Assembly: GCA_947502405.1 (NCBI GenBank)
Contig: CANMZT010000014.1
Coordinates: forward strand, 7,309 to 71,308
Source: an uncultured Algibacter sp.
Lineage (GTDB): Bacteria; Bacteroidota; Bacteroidia; Flavobacteriales; Flavobacteriaceae
Length of the DNA stretch: 64,000 bases
Direction: 5' to 3'
The notes beneath the pieces were generated by a model. It did no database searches and had not been told where the DNA came from. It saw nothing but the letters and a program-made list of their open reading frames with translations. How positions within the stretch are numbered: position 1 is the stretch's first letter; every line of letters begins with the position of its first letter. Positions 45,654-56,123 of this stretch are shown one piece after another. Made by a program: the position numbers and the translations under genes.

Positions 45654-46570
45654 AGGTTAGTTGAAGAATCAATTTTTTCAAATACTGAAATAATTGTTTT
45701 AACCGCTTCAGTATAAAACTCTGGATGAATATTTTCAAAATCATCAGTAGGTTCATGATAGTCTTTATGATCTTCTACTCCAAAATATAGAAAAGGTATA
45801 CCTTTTTTATGAAAGTTAGCATGATCTGAAGAATAAGTCCAATTATCCAAATCATCATAGCCATCATGTCCTCTAACCAAATTGATTTTACAAGAATGTT
45901 TTGAGTCAGTAATTAACTTTTTTAGTGTTTTGTTTTCCGAAGTACCAACTACATAAAGCTCTTTCTTTTTACTTCGACTAATCATATCCATATTCAAATT
46001 AACTACTATATCAGAACTAGAAATAATGGGATTCTTTACATAATGTTTAGAACCTTGTAAACCTAATTCCTCACCATCAAATGCTGCTAAAATAACTGAA
46101 TGCTCTGGTGGATTACTTCTAAAATACTCTGCAAAAGCAAATAAGGCACTTATTCCAGATGCATTGTCATCGGCACCATTATAAATTATTCCATTTTTAA
46201 CACCTTCATGATCATAGTGAGCACTAATGATTATATATTTTTTTGGATACTTTGAACCTTTAACTTGCCCCAAGACATTTATACCTTCATAAAATTCTCT
46301 TTTATTAACGAATGAAAATGGTTGATAAAAAGATTTTTCTAATGGTTTTACTTTTAAAGTGTGAAATTGATTAACTATATACTTTCTAGCTTTTTTGGCT
46401 CCATCGGTTCCTGTTCTCCTTCCTTCAAACGCATCAGAAGATAAAGACTTAACATGTTTTAAAAGAGTTGCTTCGTCAAATAATGTACATTCTGATTTAG
46501 ATTGGGAGACTGCAAAAAAAGAAGACCAAAAAAAGAAGACAAAAAGAAATAGTCTTTTTGGTAGTATCAT
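45650..46570 (-). CDS. M28 family metallopeptidase
   Basis: SAHYDH, GADDNASG, FDGEELGLQGS, NMDM, YSSDH, DYH.PTD. Confidence 0.93.
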   Translation of the reverse strand: MILPKRLFLFVFFFWSSFFAVSQSKSECTLFDEATLLKHVKSLSSDAFEGRRTGTDGAKKARKYIVNQFHTLKVKPLEKSFYQPFSFVNKREFYEGINVLGQVKGSKYPKKYIIISAHYDHEGVKNGIIYNGADDNASGISALFAFAEYFRSNPPEHSVILAAFDGEELGLQGSKHYVKNPIISSSDIVVNLNMDMISRSKKKELYVVGTSENKTLKKLITDSKHSCKINLVRGHDGYDDLDNWTYSSDHANFHKKGIPFLYFGVEDHKDYHEPTDDFENIHPEFYTEAVKTIISVFEKIDSSTNL

Positions 46571-46642
46571 ATAATTTTAATGAATTAGCTTTTAAATATA
46601 CTTAAAATATTAAACTTCCATTTAATATAGAATACAAAAACA

Positions 46643-46672
46643 AAACCCATACCATTAATTAGGTACGGGTTT
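46643..46672 (-). terminator. Terminator after sdhB
   Basis: Minus strand AAACCCGTACC-TAATTAAT-GGTATGGGTTT followed by T-rich sequence. Confidence 0.65.
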
Positions 46673-46699
46673 AAGTATATTAAAAAATTACTGTGATAA

Positions 46700-47443
46700 T
46701 TACTTTACAGCAGCTTTCATTAACTCTCTATTCATTCTTGCAATATTATCTAATGAAATTCCTTTAGGACATTCCACCTCACAAGCTCCAGTATTTGTAC
46801 AGTTACCAAAGCCTTCTAAATCCATTTGAGCTACCATATTCTGAACGCGATCTGCAGCTTCAACTTGTCCTTGAGGCAATAATGCATATTGCGATACCTT
46901 AGCACCAACAAATAACATAGCACTAGAATTTTTACATGTAGCTACACACGCACCACAACCGATACAAGTTGCGGCATCCATAGCTTCGTCTGCATCATGC
47001 TTAGAAATAGGAATAGCGTTTGCATCCTGCGTGTTTCCTGAGGTATTTACCGAAATGTATCCACCCGCGTGTTGTATTCTATCAAAAGCAGTTCTATCTA
47101 TTACTAAATCTTTTATCACTGGAAAGGCAGCTGCTCTAAATGGCTCTATTGTAATAGTATCTCCATCTTTAAACATACGCATATGTAATTGGCATGTTGT
47201 AATGCCTCTATCTGGTCCATGGGCTTCACCATTTATATACATGGAACACATGCCACAAATTCCCTCACGACAATCATGATCGAAAGCTACAGGCTCTTCT
47301 CCTTTACCAACAAGTTGTTCATTCAAAACATCCATCATCTCTAAAAAAGACATATGTTCTGAAATTTCAGTTACTTTATAATCGACCATCTGACCCTTCG
47401 CATTTGAGTCTTTTTGTCTCCAAATTTTAAGTGTTAAATTCAT
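46700..47443 (-). CDS. sdhB: Succinate dehydrogenase/fumarate reductase Fe-S subunit
   Basis: [32 protein letters not shown]. Confidence 0.97.
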   Translation of the reverse strand: MNLTLKIWRQKDSNAKGQMVDYKVTEISEHMSFLEMMDVLNEQLVGKGEEPVAFDHDCREGICGMCSMYINGEAHGPDRGITTCQLHMRMFKDGDTITIEPFRAAAFPVIKDLVIDRTAFDRIQHAGGYISVNTSGNTQDANAIPISKHDADEAMDAATCIGCGACVATCKNSSAMLFVGAKVSQYALLPQGQVEAADRVQNMVAQMDLEGFGNCTNTGACEVECPKGISLDNIARMNRELMKAAVK

Positions 47444-47453
47444 AGCGTCTTTT

Positions 47454-49451
47454 TTATTTGTAACTTCTTTCTTTTACTTCAATATTTTTATAAACCAATT
47501 CTTCTTTATGCAACACTGCATCTTTTGGTTCACCTTTATACTCCCAAGCAGAAACAAACTGGAATTCTTTCATTCGTTTTGCTTCTCCTTCTGGTGTTTG
47601 ATGTTCTTCTCTAAAGTGACCACCAGCAGATTCTTCTCTTACAAGTGCATCTTTAGCAAACAATTCTCCTAGTTCTAAGAAATCTGCAACTCTACCAGCT
47701 TTAGCCAGTTCTTCGTTATATTCTTCACTTCCACCAGGAACCGAAACTTCTTTCCAGAATTCTTTTCTTAAATCTGAAATCTCTTGAATAGCTTCTGTTA
47801 ATCCTTTAGCATTTCTAGACATACCACATTTATCCCACATGATTTTACCTAGTTTTTTATGGAAATAATCAACTGATTTTGATCCTTTGTTATTTACAAA
47901 GAAGTTGATGGTTTCTTTTACTGATTTTTCAGCTTCTTCAAACTCTTTAGTATCTGTTGAAATCTTACCAGTTCTAATATCATCTGCCAAATAATCTCCA
48001 ATGGTATATGGTAACACAAAATATCCATCAGCTAAGCCTTGCATTAAAGCAGAAGCTCCAAGTCTATTAGCGCCATGATCAGAGAAATTAGCTTCACCAA
48101 TACAGTATAATCCTGGAACAGTTGTCATTAAATTATAATCAACCCATACACCTCCCATGGTGTAATGTACTGCCGGATAAATCATCATAGGTGTTTCGTA
48201 TGGGTTTTCATCTACGATTTTCTCGTACATTTGAAAAAGGTTTCCATACTTAGCTTCAACAATAGCCTGACCTAATTCGTATATTTTTCCTTTTGAAGGG
48301 TTTGAAATATTATGAATTTTAGCTTGCTCTTTTCCATAACGCTCAATAGCAGCTGCAAAGTCTAAGTATACCGCTTCTCCTGTTGCGTTTACACCATAAC
48401 CTGCATCACAACGTTCCTTAGCAGCACGCGAAGCTACATCACGAGGCACTAGGTTACCAAATGCTGGATAACGACGCTCTAAATAATAATCTCTTTCATC
48501 TTCGGATAAATCCGTAGGCTTTTTACGCCCTTCACGAATTGCTTTAACATCATCTAAATTTTTAGGTACCCAAATGCGCCCATCATTACGTAATGATTCA
48601 GACATCAATGTTAATTTAGACTGATAATCCCCAGAACGCGGAATACATGTTGGGTGTATTTGTGTGTAACAAGGATTTGCAAAATATGCACCTTTTTTAT
48701 GAATTTTCCACGCCGCGGTTACATTACTACCCATGGCATTTGTTGATAAGAAATACACATTACCATAACCACCAGAACCTACCACAACAGCGTGAGCTGA
48801 ATGACGCTCAATTTCACCTGTAACTAAGTTTCTAGCTATGATACCTCTTGCTTTTCCATCTACAATTACAACATCTAGCATTTCGTGACGATTAAACATT
48901 TCAATTTTACCACGAGCTATTTGACGATTCATTGCTGAATATGCTCCTAATAATAATTGCTGTCCCGTTTGTCCTTTGGCATAAAATGTTCTCGAAACTA
49001 ATACACCACCAAACGAACGGTTATCTAAAAGCCCACCATAATCACGAGCAAAAGGAACACCTTGTGCTACACATTGGTCAATAATATTTGCTGAAACCTC
49101 AGCTAATCTGTATACATTGGCCTCTCTTGAGCGGTAATCACCACCTTTTACAGTATCATAAAATAATCTGTATGTAGAATCTCCATCTCCTTGATAATTT
49201 TTGGCTGCATTAATACCTCCTTGTGCCGCAATAGAATGCGCACGTCTTGGAGAATCTTGGTATGCAAATGCTTTTACATTATATCCTAATTCTGCTAATG
49301 TAGCTGCTGCCGAACCTCCTGCTAAACCAGTCCCTACAACAATAACATCTATATGGCGCTTGTTCGCTGGATTTACAAGGTTAATTTTATTTTTGTAATC
49401 TGTCCATTTATCTTGAATTGGACCTTCTGGTACTTTTGAATCTAAAGCCAT
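47454..49451 (-). CDS. sdhA: Succinate dehydrogenase/fumarate reductase flavoprotein subunit
   Basis: [41 protein letters not shown]. Confidence 0.98.
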   Translation of the reverse strand: MALDSKVPEGPIQDKWTDYKNKINLVNPANKRHIDVIVVGTGLAGGSAAATLAELGYNVKAFAYQDSPRRAHSIAAQGGINAAKNYQGDGDSTYRLFYDTVKGGDYRSREANVYRLAEVSANIIDQCVAQGVPFARDYGGLLDNRSFGGVLVSRTFYAKGQTGQQLLLGAYSAMNRQIARGKIEMFNRHEMLDVVIVDGKARGIIARNLVTGEIERHSAHAVVVGSGGYGNVYFLSTNAMGSNVTAAWKIHKKGAYFANPCYTQIHPTCIPRSGDYQSKLTLMSESLRNDGRIWVPKNLDDVKAIREGRKKPTDLSEDERDYYLERRYPAFGNLVPRDVASRAAKERCDAGYGVNATGEAVYLDFAAAIERYGKEQAKIHNISNPSKGKIYELGQAIVEAKYGNLFQMYEKIVDENPYETPMMIYPAVHYTMGGVWVDYNLMTTVPGLYCIGEANFSDHGANRLGASALMQGLADGYFVLPYTIGDYLADDIRTGKISTDTKEFEEAEKSVKETINFFVNNKGSKSVDYFHKKLGKIMWDKCGMSRNAKGLTEAIQEISDLRKEFWKEVSVPGGSEEYNEELAKAGRVADFLELGELFAKDALVREESAGGHFREEHQTPEGEAKRMKEFQFVSAWEYKGEPKDAVLHKEELVYKNIEVKERSYK

Positions 49452-49462
49452 GTTATTTAAGA

Positions 49463-50140
49463 TTAATGGTTATGTGTTAAATGATGAAAAATAGCAATTA
49501 CAATGAACCCTAACGGGATTAAAATTGAATATGCTTTTCCTATATTTTGTAATGTTTTTTTGCGTCCTGCTGTAGAACCTACAGATTGAAACGCAGAGGT
49601 AAAACCATGAGCCAAATGAAGCCCTAGTAAAACAAATGATATTACGTATGCCGCAACCCTAAGTGGATTATGAAACTTTTCTACCATTTCATGAAAATAG
49701 CGATATTCGCCATTATGCATTCCAGACATGTCGCCTTGAATATATTTTACATTTAGTTCTGGAAACCAAAAGTCAATAAAATGCAATACGATAAAAGCTA
49801 AAATTACAAGTCCGCTGTAAATCATGTTTCTACTTACCCATGACGAATTAGCGCCTCCGTTATTCTTAGCGTAACTTACACCGTTTGCTTTTTTGTTTTG
49901 TATTTCTAAAATAAAGCCCATCACAAAATGGAATACAACACCAAAAATTAAAACTGGCTGCAATGCAAACTGTACTAGCGGATTTGTACCCATAAAATGA
50001 GATAGCTCATTAAATAAATCTGCACTAAAAAGTGAGGTGATATTAACTGCTAAATGTATAATTAGAAAAAACATAAGGAAGAATGCAGAAAGAGCCATGG
50101 CTACTTTTCTTCCAACCGAAGATTTAAAAAATCCACTCAT
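49463..50140 (-). CDS. sdhC: Succinate dehydrogenase cytochrome b subunit (ATG 50140 preferred)
   Basis: SSVGRK..MALS, heme-ligand His residues in TM helices, HLAHGF.SAFQS.G. Confidence 0.95.
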   Translation of the reverse strand: MSGFFKSSVGRKVAMALSAFFLMFFLIIHLAVNITSLFSADLFNELSHFMGTNPLVQFALQPVLIFGVVFHFVMGFILEIQNKKANGVSYAKNNGGANSSWVSRNMIYSGLVILAFIVLHFIDFWFPELNVKYIQGDMSGMHNGEYRYFHEMVEKFHNPLRVAAYVISFVLLGLHLAHGFTSAFQSVGSTAGRKKTLQNIGKAYSILIPLGFIVIAIFHHLTHNH

Positions 50141-50167
50141 TATTTTGAAGTTGTTATAAGTTTTTAA

Positions 50168-50175
50168 CAAAGGTA
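50168..50175 (-). promoter_or_regulatory. -7 promoter box (TACCTTTG) for sdhCAB
   Basis: Consensus match; overlaps the track's 50170 start. Confidence 0.7.
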
Positions 50176-50363
50176 GTTATGGACACATTCTTAGACAAAT
50201 AACATATGTCATGTTTTCTTTATTTAGAATGATTTTAAAGATAAAAATAAATCCTGTTTTTTTATCTAAAAAATAGTATTACTTTAACAAAAAGTTGTTT
50301 TATTTAAGTAATTAGTAATTATTTTGCCAATTTACAGATTTTAACTAACTAAATACAATTAAG

Positions 50364-50650
50364 GTAAAAGAGTATCTACAATTAATTATTTAACTAATCA
50401 GTGGTGTAGTTGGCGGAAACATTGCTGGCTCATTCATAAAAAACTCTTCATTTGGCACTTTATGGAATTTTGTAGCTGGGATATTAGGCGGTGGACTTGG
50501 GTTAGTATTCTATGTATGGTAGGCTTAGGTACAAATGACGGTGACGGTATGAATATATAAGGAATATTAAAAATCGTTGCTGGCGGTGACATTGGTGATG
50601 GATTTGTAATAGCTACTATTGAGCTAATCAAAAAAGCCATGAATAAATAA
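50364..50650 (+). pseudogene. Degraded gene for a small Gly-rich membrane protein (GlsB/YeaQ/YmgE-like)
   Basis: VKEYLQLII*LISGVVGGNIAGSFIKNSSFGTLWNFVAGILGGGLG, frameshift near 50500-50516, MVGLG...MNI*GILKIVAGGDIGDGFVIATIELIKKAMNK*; stops at 50391 and 50558; no ATG. Confidence 0.75.
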
Positions 50651-50667
50651 ATATTTCCTTGTTAAAT

Positions 50668-50702
50668 AAAAAGAGAGTCATATAAGTATGACTCTCTTTT
50701 TT
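50668..50702. terminator. Bidirectional terminator
   Basis: AAAAAGAGAGTCATA-TAAG-TATGACTCTCTTTTT. Confidence 0.9.
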
Positions 50703-50723
50703 TATAAATATTGCTTTATTTCA

Positions 50724-52562
50724 CTAATCAAGGATGAGTTTTTTAGTAATAAATCTTCCTTCTGAATGTATGTTAACAAAATACACACCCTTTGAAGCAT
50801 GATGCATATTTATAGCTTTCATCCTGACAGCTTCAGAAATACTGATATCGGAAACTAACCTACCGCTTACGTCATATATTTCAATCTTATCGAGATTTAG
50901 GTAAGCTGATTTAATAAAGAATTCCTTTTTAGCTGGATTTGGAAATATTGAAATCCCCTCTTCTATTGTATTATCATCAACACTTAAGCCGCAAGTGCCT
51001 GCATAATCTGTCATTGGCAAAATTACTACACAGACAGGTCCTGATGTACTTCTACTGTGTACATCTGCTGCCGCTAGAATATTGTTTGCACCTAAAGTTC
51101 TTTGATCTTGTCCATTAAATAATGTAAAATGCATAACATCTGAGTTAGAATCAATAACATGCGCTAATTGATGCCCATGACCTAATTCATGAAGTGCTAC
51201 ACTTTCAAAATCATATTCTGAACCACTAGATGCTCCAGTGCCATAATTCCATGTCTCCATCACATCGGTTGACTGACTACTGTCTGGGTCATCATTAAAA
51301 ACTATATCTAACTCATTAACAAACCAATCTATACTTGTATTTCCATTTGCAAAACACCCTCCAAAACGAGAAGTACATCTACCTAAAACACCATCAGGCA
51401 ACTCATCTCCTACATCAAACCTTATAACATTTATATTATCTTCAGCAATAATGTTGGTATTTGTAGTTTCTCCGATCACCCAATTAACTCCAGACTCGCA
51501 ACGCCATGTTTCAAATGCTCTTAAAAAAGCGGCCTTAGCCAAAGTATTTGAATCAAAACCTGTAAACATTTGCCAAGTGTAGCCTCCAGCCCCATCATCA
51601 TTTACATGTCGAGTTTGGTAAGCTACATCTAAACCTGCATTGGGTCCTTGTGTAGCTTGATTGCTAATTATATTAATTTCTGAATATGAAACAGTTAAGA
51701 TATCATTAGAATCAGCAGAACTGTTAGAACTATCAGTAACCCTAATTATTCCTGTACCAGCTTTAGAAGGCACTTCAACTGTAATTTGCGTATCTGACCA
51801 AGTTAAAATTTGAGTATCTAGTGCTTCATAAAACTCTGAACCTCCTTCATCTGCATCAGAAAAGCCAACTGACCCTTTTGTGGCTCCAAATCCAGAACCA
51901 TTAATTGTTAATACAGATTTAGTACCAGCCGTTATTGATGTAGGTGTAAAAGTAATTGAACTTGGAGGCCTAAAACTTTTTTTCTGAAGAAACTCTCTTT
52001 GTTTTTCTTTAACATCAAAATCATCAACATTAATGTAATCAGCCTTTGTTAATGCTATAATCTTATCATAAAAAGACGATGTAATACCTTTAGTTTTATT
52101 GAATGGGTTTCTAACTACGTCTTGCTCTATGTTATACTTATAAAAGCCTTGAGAACTTGAATACGGCTTATATGCCTTTATATTTGTTTTAGATTCTAAG
52201 TTGACATCATTATTATGTAATACAAATACACCAATATCGTTTGTATTTAAACTTAAACTTGGTGAAACAACTTCAGCACGTAATCCAACAACCCCTCCAT
52301 GTGTAATAACATCAACTGTTTTTTTTAATTCACCTTTAAACACTTTATAAACTTCTATTCTATTTAAAGTATATATGTTTTTACGCTCACTATCCCAAAA
52401 TGATTCTTTTGACAACACTCTTCCCTCAATAAGTAAAGTAGAATTTTCAATTTGTTGTTCAAATGAAACTTCTTTCATTAAAACTTGAGCAACCATAGTA
52501 GGCACATTTATTAAAAAGCCTAGAAATAAAAAGACTATTTTTAATGGTAGTTTTCTAATCAT
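50724..52562 (-). CDS. T9SS-secreted zinc metalloprotease (IPT/TIG + matrixin-like + type A CTD)
   Basis: Signal peptide; LTINGSGFGA..G.V.F and TWSDTQI.V.VP; HELGHGHQLAH with Met-turn; IFPNPA...IYDVSGRLV...GVYFVNI...KKLIL. Confidence 0.88.
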   Translation of the reverse strand: MIRKLPLKIVFLFLGFLINVPTMVAQVLMKEVSFEQQIENSTLLIEGRVLSKESFWDSERKNIYTLNRIEVYKVFKGELKKTVDVITHGGVVGLRAEVVSPSLSLNTNDIGVFVLHNNDVNLESKTNIKAYKPYSSSQGFYKYNIEQDVVRNPFNKTKGITSSFYDKIIALTKADYINVDDFDVKEKQREFLQKKSFRPPSSITFTPTSITAGTKSVLTINGSGFGATKGSVGFSDADEGGSEFYEALDTQILTWSDTQITVEVPSKAGTGIIRVTDSSNSSADSNDILTVSYSEINIISNQATQGPNAGLDVAYQTRHVNDDGAGGYTWQMFTGFDSNTLAKAAFLRAFETWRCESGVNWVIGETTNTNIIAEDNINVIRFDVGDELPDGVLGRCTSRFGGCFANGNTSIDWFVNELDIVFNDDPDSSQSTDVMETWNYGTGASSGSEYDFESVALHELGHGHQLAHVIDSNSDVMHFTLFNGQDQRTLGANNILAAADVHSRSTSGPVCVVILPMTDYAGTCGLSVDDNTIEEGISIFPNPAKKEFFIKSAYLNLDKIEIYDVSGRLVSDISISEAVRMKAINMHHASKGVYFVNIHSEGRFITKKLILD

Positions 52563-52603
52563 AAATTTTAAATTATATTAATAAAAATTGAGTGAGGGAA
52601 TAT

Positions 52604-52611
52604 CAAATATA
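52604..52611 (-). promoter_or_regulatory. -7 promoter box (TATATTTG)
   Basis: Consensus match upstream of the T9SS cargo gene. Confidence 0.55.
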
Positions 52612-52675
52612 GGAAATAAAAATCTACTTTTTCTTTATACATTTACATCATACACAAAATTAAACTTTACATAAC

Positions 52676-53968
52676 ATGAAATATTTTCCCATAAACAATT
52701 CCCTTTTCATAAAAAATAGAGCAAAATTCATGTCTAAAATGAAGCCTAATAGTCTGGCTGTTTTTAACTCTAATGACATATACCCAATAAGTGCCGATAG
52801 CACCCTACCTTTTGAGCAACACCGAGATATTTTCTACCTAAGTGGTGTAGACCAAGAAGAGAGTATCCTTGTTTTATTTCCAGATTGCCCTAAAGAAAAA
52901 CACCGAGAAATCCTTTTTCTTAGAGAGACCAATGAACATATTGCAGTTTGGGAAGGCGAAAAATTAACAAAAGAAAAAGCATTTGAAACTAGTGGAATCA
53001 AAACGGTGTATTGGCTACAAGACATGGAAAAAGTAATGTTTGAAATCATGACTCAATGCAATACGATTTACATTAACACCAACGAACACTATCGTTCTAA
53101 TGTTGAAACAGAAACCCGAGAAGATAGATTTACCAAATGGTTAAAAGACAAATACCCTGCACATAGTGTAGCAAAAAGTAACCCTATTTTGCAACGTTTA
53201 CGTTCTGTAAAAGAACCTATTGAAATCGATTTAATTCAAAAAGCTTGCGATATTACCAATAAAGGATTTCGAAGAGTTTTAAATTTTGTAAAACCAGGCG
53301 TTTGGGAATTTGAAATTGAAGCTGAGTACATGCACGAATTTTTACGAAACCGTTCAAAAAAGTTTGCATACACACCTATTATAGCATCAGGAAATAATGC
53401 CAATGTTTTGCACTATATTGAAAACAATCAACAATGTAAAACTGGCGATTTGATATTGATGGATGTAGGAGCAGAATATGCCAATTATTCGAGTGATATG
53501 ACAAGAACGATACCTGTTTCTGGTCGTTTTTCTAAAAGACAAAGAGACGTTTATAACGCTGTGCTTCATGTAAAAAATGAAGCAACAAAAATGTTAGTTC
53601 CTGGAACTGATTGGGCTGAGTATCATGTTGAAGTTGGTAAACTAATGACTAGCGAATTACTTGGTTTAGGTTTAATTGACAAAGCCGATGTTCAAAATGA
53701 AAACCCAGATTGGCCTGCCTATAAAAAATACTTTATGCATGGCACGAGCCACCATATGGGCTTAGATACTCATGACTATGGTATACTCACCGAACCGATG
53801 TTACCCAATATGGTATTTACTGTTGAACCAGGTATTTATATTCCTGATGAAGGTTTTGGTATTAGACTTGAGGATGATGTGGTTATTCAAGAATCTGGTG
53901 AACCCATAAACCTTATGAGAAACATTCCTATTGAACCAGATGAAATCGAAGAGATTATGAATGCGTAA
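52676..53968 (+). CDS. pepP: Xaa-Pro aminopeptidase (M24B)
   Basis: DIFYLSG, LMDVGAE, SDMTRT, HGTSHHMGLDTHD, TVEPGIY, GIRLEDD. Confidence 0.93.
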   Translation: MKYFPINNSLFIKNRAKFMSKMKPNSLAVFNSNDIYPISADSTLPFEQHRDIFYLSGVDQEESILVLFPDCPKEKHREILFLRETNEHIAVWEGEKLTKEKAFETSGIKTVYWLQDMEKVMFEIMTQCNTIYINTNEHYRSNVETETREDRFTKWLKDKYPAHSVAKSNPILQRLRSVKEPIEIDLIQKACDITNKGFRRVLNFVKPGVWEFEIEAEYMHEFLRNRSKKFAYTPIIASGNNANVLHYIENNQQCKTGDLILMDVGAEYANYSSDMTRTIPVSGRFSKRQRDVYNAVLHVKNEATKMLVPGTDWAEYHVEVGKLMTSELLGLGLIDKADVQNENPDWPAYKKYFMHGTSHHMGLDTHDYGILTEPMLPNMVFTVEPGIYIPDEGFGIRLEDDVVIQESGEPINLMRNIPIEPDEIEEIMNA

Positions 53969-53973
53969 AATAT

Positions 53974-54002
53974 AAAAGGGTCGTTTTAAAACGACCCTTT
54001 TT
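53974..54002. terminator. Bidirectional terminator between pepP and lysC
   Basis: Perfect palindrome AAAAGGGTCGTTTTAAAACGACCCTTTT. Confidence 0.85.
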
Positions 54003-54025
54003 GCTAAAAACACTAATGTTGTAAT

Positions 54026-55348
54026 TTATAGAGTGACTAATTCAAATAAATAATCGTTTAGTTTTTGTAGCGTATTGATTTTATCTTTAGAATCAATTAA
54101 TAGAGATATATTGTTTTTGCTTCCACCGTATGAAATCATTCTGATTTTTACATCCTGTAATATTTGGAATAACTTATAAGTATCTTGATGATTTACAACA
54201 GAATGCCCTACCAAACAAACAATACTTTGGTTTGTATCAACTTCAATTAAAGCGATTTTTTCTAATTCCGTTATTATACTTTCAAGGTTTTTGTCGTCAT
54301 CAATAGTTAACGAAACTGCAACCTCTGAGGTTGTAATCATATCTATTGATGTTTGATAAGTCTCAAAAATTTCAAAAACTTTCTTTAAAAAACCATGAGC
54401 CTGTAACATTCTAGCCGATTTTATTTTAATGGCTGTAATATTATCTTTTGCAGCTATAGCTTTTATCCCGTTTTCTGATGTACTTTTTGAAATAAGTGTT
54501 CCATGAGCCTCAGGCTTCATTGTATTTTTTAAACGTACGGGGATACTATCTTTTCTAACTGGTGTAACAGTTTGCGGATGTAATATTTTAGCACCAAAGT
54601 AAGCTAACTCCGCTGCCTCTTCAAACGATAGATTTGAGATAGCCGATGTGTTTTCAACATACCTTGGATCGTTATTATGCATCCCATCAATATCTGTCCA
54701 AATTTGAACTTCCTCAGCTTTTATTGCAGCACCAATTATGGTTGCTGTATAATCACTTCCACCACGCTGTAAATTAGATATTTGCCCTTCATCATCTAAA
54801 CAAATAAAACCTTGAGTAATATATATTTCTGAACCCTTTCCATCACTAATCAGGCGCTCTAAATTAACCTTTATACTATCAATATCAGGTTCATTAAAAG
54901 CATCAGTTCGCATAAAATCTAATGCAGGTAACAATGTTGCACTAATTCCTTCTTGCTTCAAAAAGCTGTTAAATATATATGTTGAAAGCAACTCCCCTTG
55001 AGCCAATATTTTATTTTCTAATGTTTTAGAACAAGACTTGTTAGTACACTCTAATAAGAATTCAAAAACACTTGAAACATAGTTTTTAACATCTACGATT
55101 AAATGCGCATCAGTTAAAAGGCTGTCTATTGTTTTGAAATAAGTTTCATGAAGGTTGTTTATTTTATCTATAGCATCACTTGGATTACCCAACTCAATAG
55201 CTTGAGCAATAGCCACCAGATGATTAGTTGTGCCTGACATAGCAGAAAGCACTACAACCTTCTTATCACCATCACTGATAATATTTTTAACATTATGCAT
55301 ATTCTCTACAGAACCTACTGATGTACCTCCAAACTTTAATACCTTCAT
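54026..55348 (-). CDS. lysC: Aspartate kinase (ATG 55348 preferred)
   Basis: MKVLKFGGTSVG, VVLSAMSG.T, L.RGGSDYTA, WTD.DG, ACT domains. Confidence 0.96.
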   Translation of the reverse strand: MKVLKFGGTSVGSVENMHNVKNIISDGDKKVVVLSAMSGTTNHLVAIAQAIELGNPSDAIDKINNLHETYFKTIDSLLTDAHLIVDVKNYVSSVFEFLLECTNKSCSKTLENKILAQGELLSTYIFNSFLKQEGISATLLPALDFMRTDAFNEPDIDSIKVNLERLISDGKGSEIYITQGFICLDDEGQISNLQRGGSDYTATIIGAAIKAEEVQIWTDIDGMHNNDPRYVENTSAISNLSFEEAAELAYFGAKILHPQTVTPVRKDSIPVRLKNTMKPEAHGTLISKSTSENGIKAIAAKDNITAIKIKSARMLQAHGFLKKVFEIFETYQTSIDMITTSEVAVSLTIDDDKNLESIITELEKIALIEVDTNQSIVCLVGHSVVNHQDTYKLFQILQDVKIRMISYGGSKNNISLLIDSKDKINTLQKLNDYLFELVTL

Positions 55349-55366
55349 TACTATTAATTTGAGCCA

Positions 55367-55374
55367 CAAAACTA
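55367..55374 (-). promoter_or_regulatory. -7 promoter box (TAGTTTTG) for lysC
   Basis: Consensus match; overlaps the track's longer start. Confidence 0.55.
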
Positions 55375-55466
55375 TGATTCATTTAAGTAACTGCGATGTT
55401 TTTATTAAAAAAAAGTTATTTTTACACAAATTGTTAAATAATTAACATACGATAAGTTCTAAACAA

Positions 55467-56123
55467 ATGAAAACAGTATCAAATTGTGTTGAAGATATAC
55501 TAATTACACAACCTTATTTAGAAGAGGCTTTATCTAGAAACATCATAAATTTTAGTGCTCTGGCCATTGAATTAGTAGAACCCATAAGCAAAATGTTAAA
55601 AAAAGAGGTTAAACCGGGCGCCATAATGATGGCACTAAGGCGTTATAACCCACCTGTAACTCTTGGGAATTCAATTAAAATGAAACGAGTTATTCAAAAC
55701 CTAGGTGATATTACTGTGCGCTCTAACCTAACAGATTTTACGGTTAGAAATTCTACAACATTAATTGATAATCATGCTAAAATACTGGAACGCATCAATA
55801 GAGAAGATAAATTGTTTTATGCCTTTACACGAGGTATCCATGAAAGTAATATTGTTGTATCTAGCAGTTTGAACGATTTTGTTAATGAGCATTTAGATAA
55901 CGAAACCTTTATTGCGGTTCAAGAAAACTTATCAGCAATCAGTATAAGCTTACCTCAAGACAACTCAAAAATAGCCGGCTTATATTATCATTTCTTTAAG
56001 CGATTAGCTTGGGAAGGAATCGTTTTGTACGAAGTATTATCCACTACAAACGAATTTACCATTCTTGTTGAAGACGAGTATGTTGATAAGGCTTTTACCG
56101 CAATTAAAAGAGTGAAATCTTAA
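55467..56123 (+). CDS. ACT-like domain protein, possible amino-acid metabolism regulator
   Basis: N-terminal helical INFSALA...AIMMALRRY; C-terminal ACT-like GLYYHFFKRLAWEGIVLYEVLSTTNEFTILV. Confidence 0.65.
   Translation: MKTVSNCVEDILITQPYLEEALSRNIINFSALAIELVEPISKMLKKEVKPGAIMMALRRYNPPVTLGNSIKMKRVIQNLGDITVRSNLTDFTVRNSTTLIDNHAKILERINREDKLFYAFTRGIHESNIVVSSSLNDFVNEHLDNETFIAVQENLSAISISLPQDNSKIAGLYYHFFKRLAWEGIVLYEVLSTTNEFTILVEDEYVDKAFTAIKRVKS

Noticed and set aside
50434-50640. 68-aa minus-strand ORF
   Set aside because: Antisense of the plus-strand pseudogene
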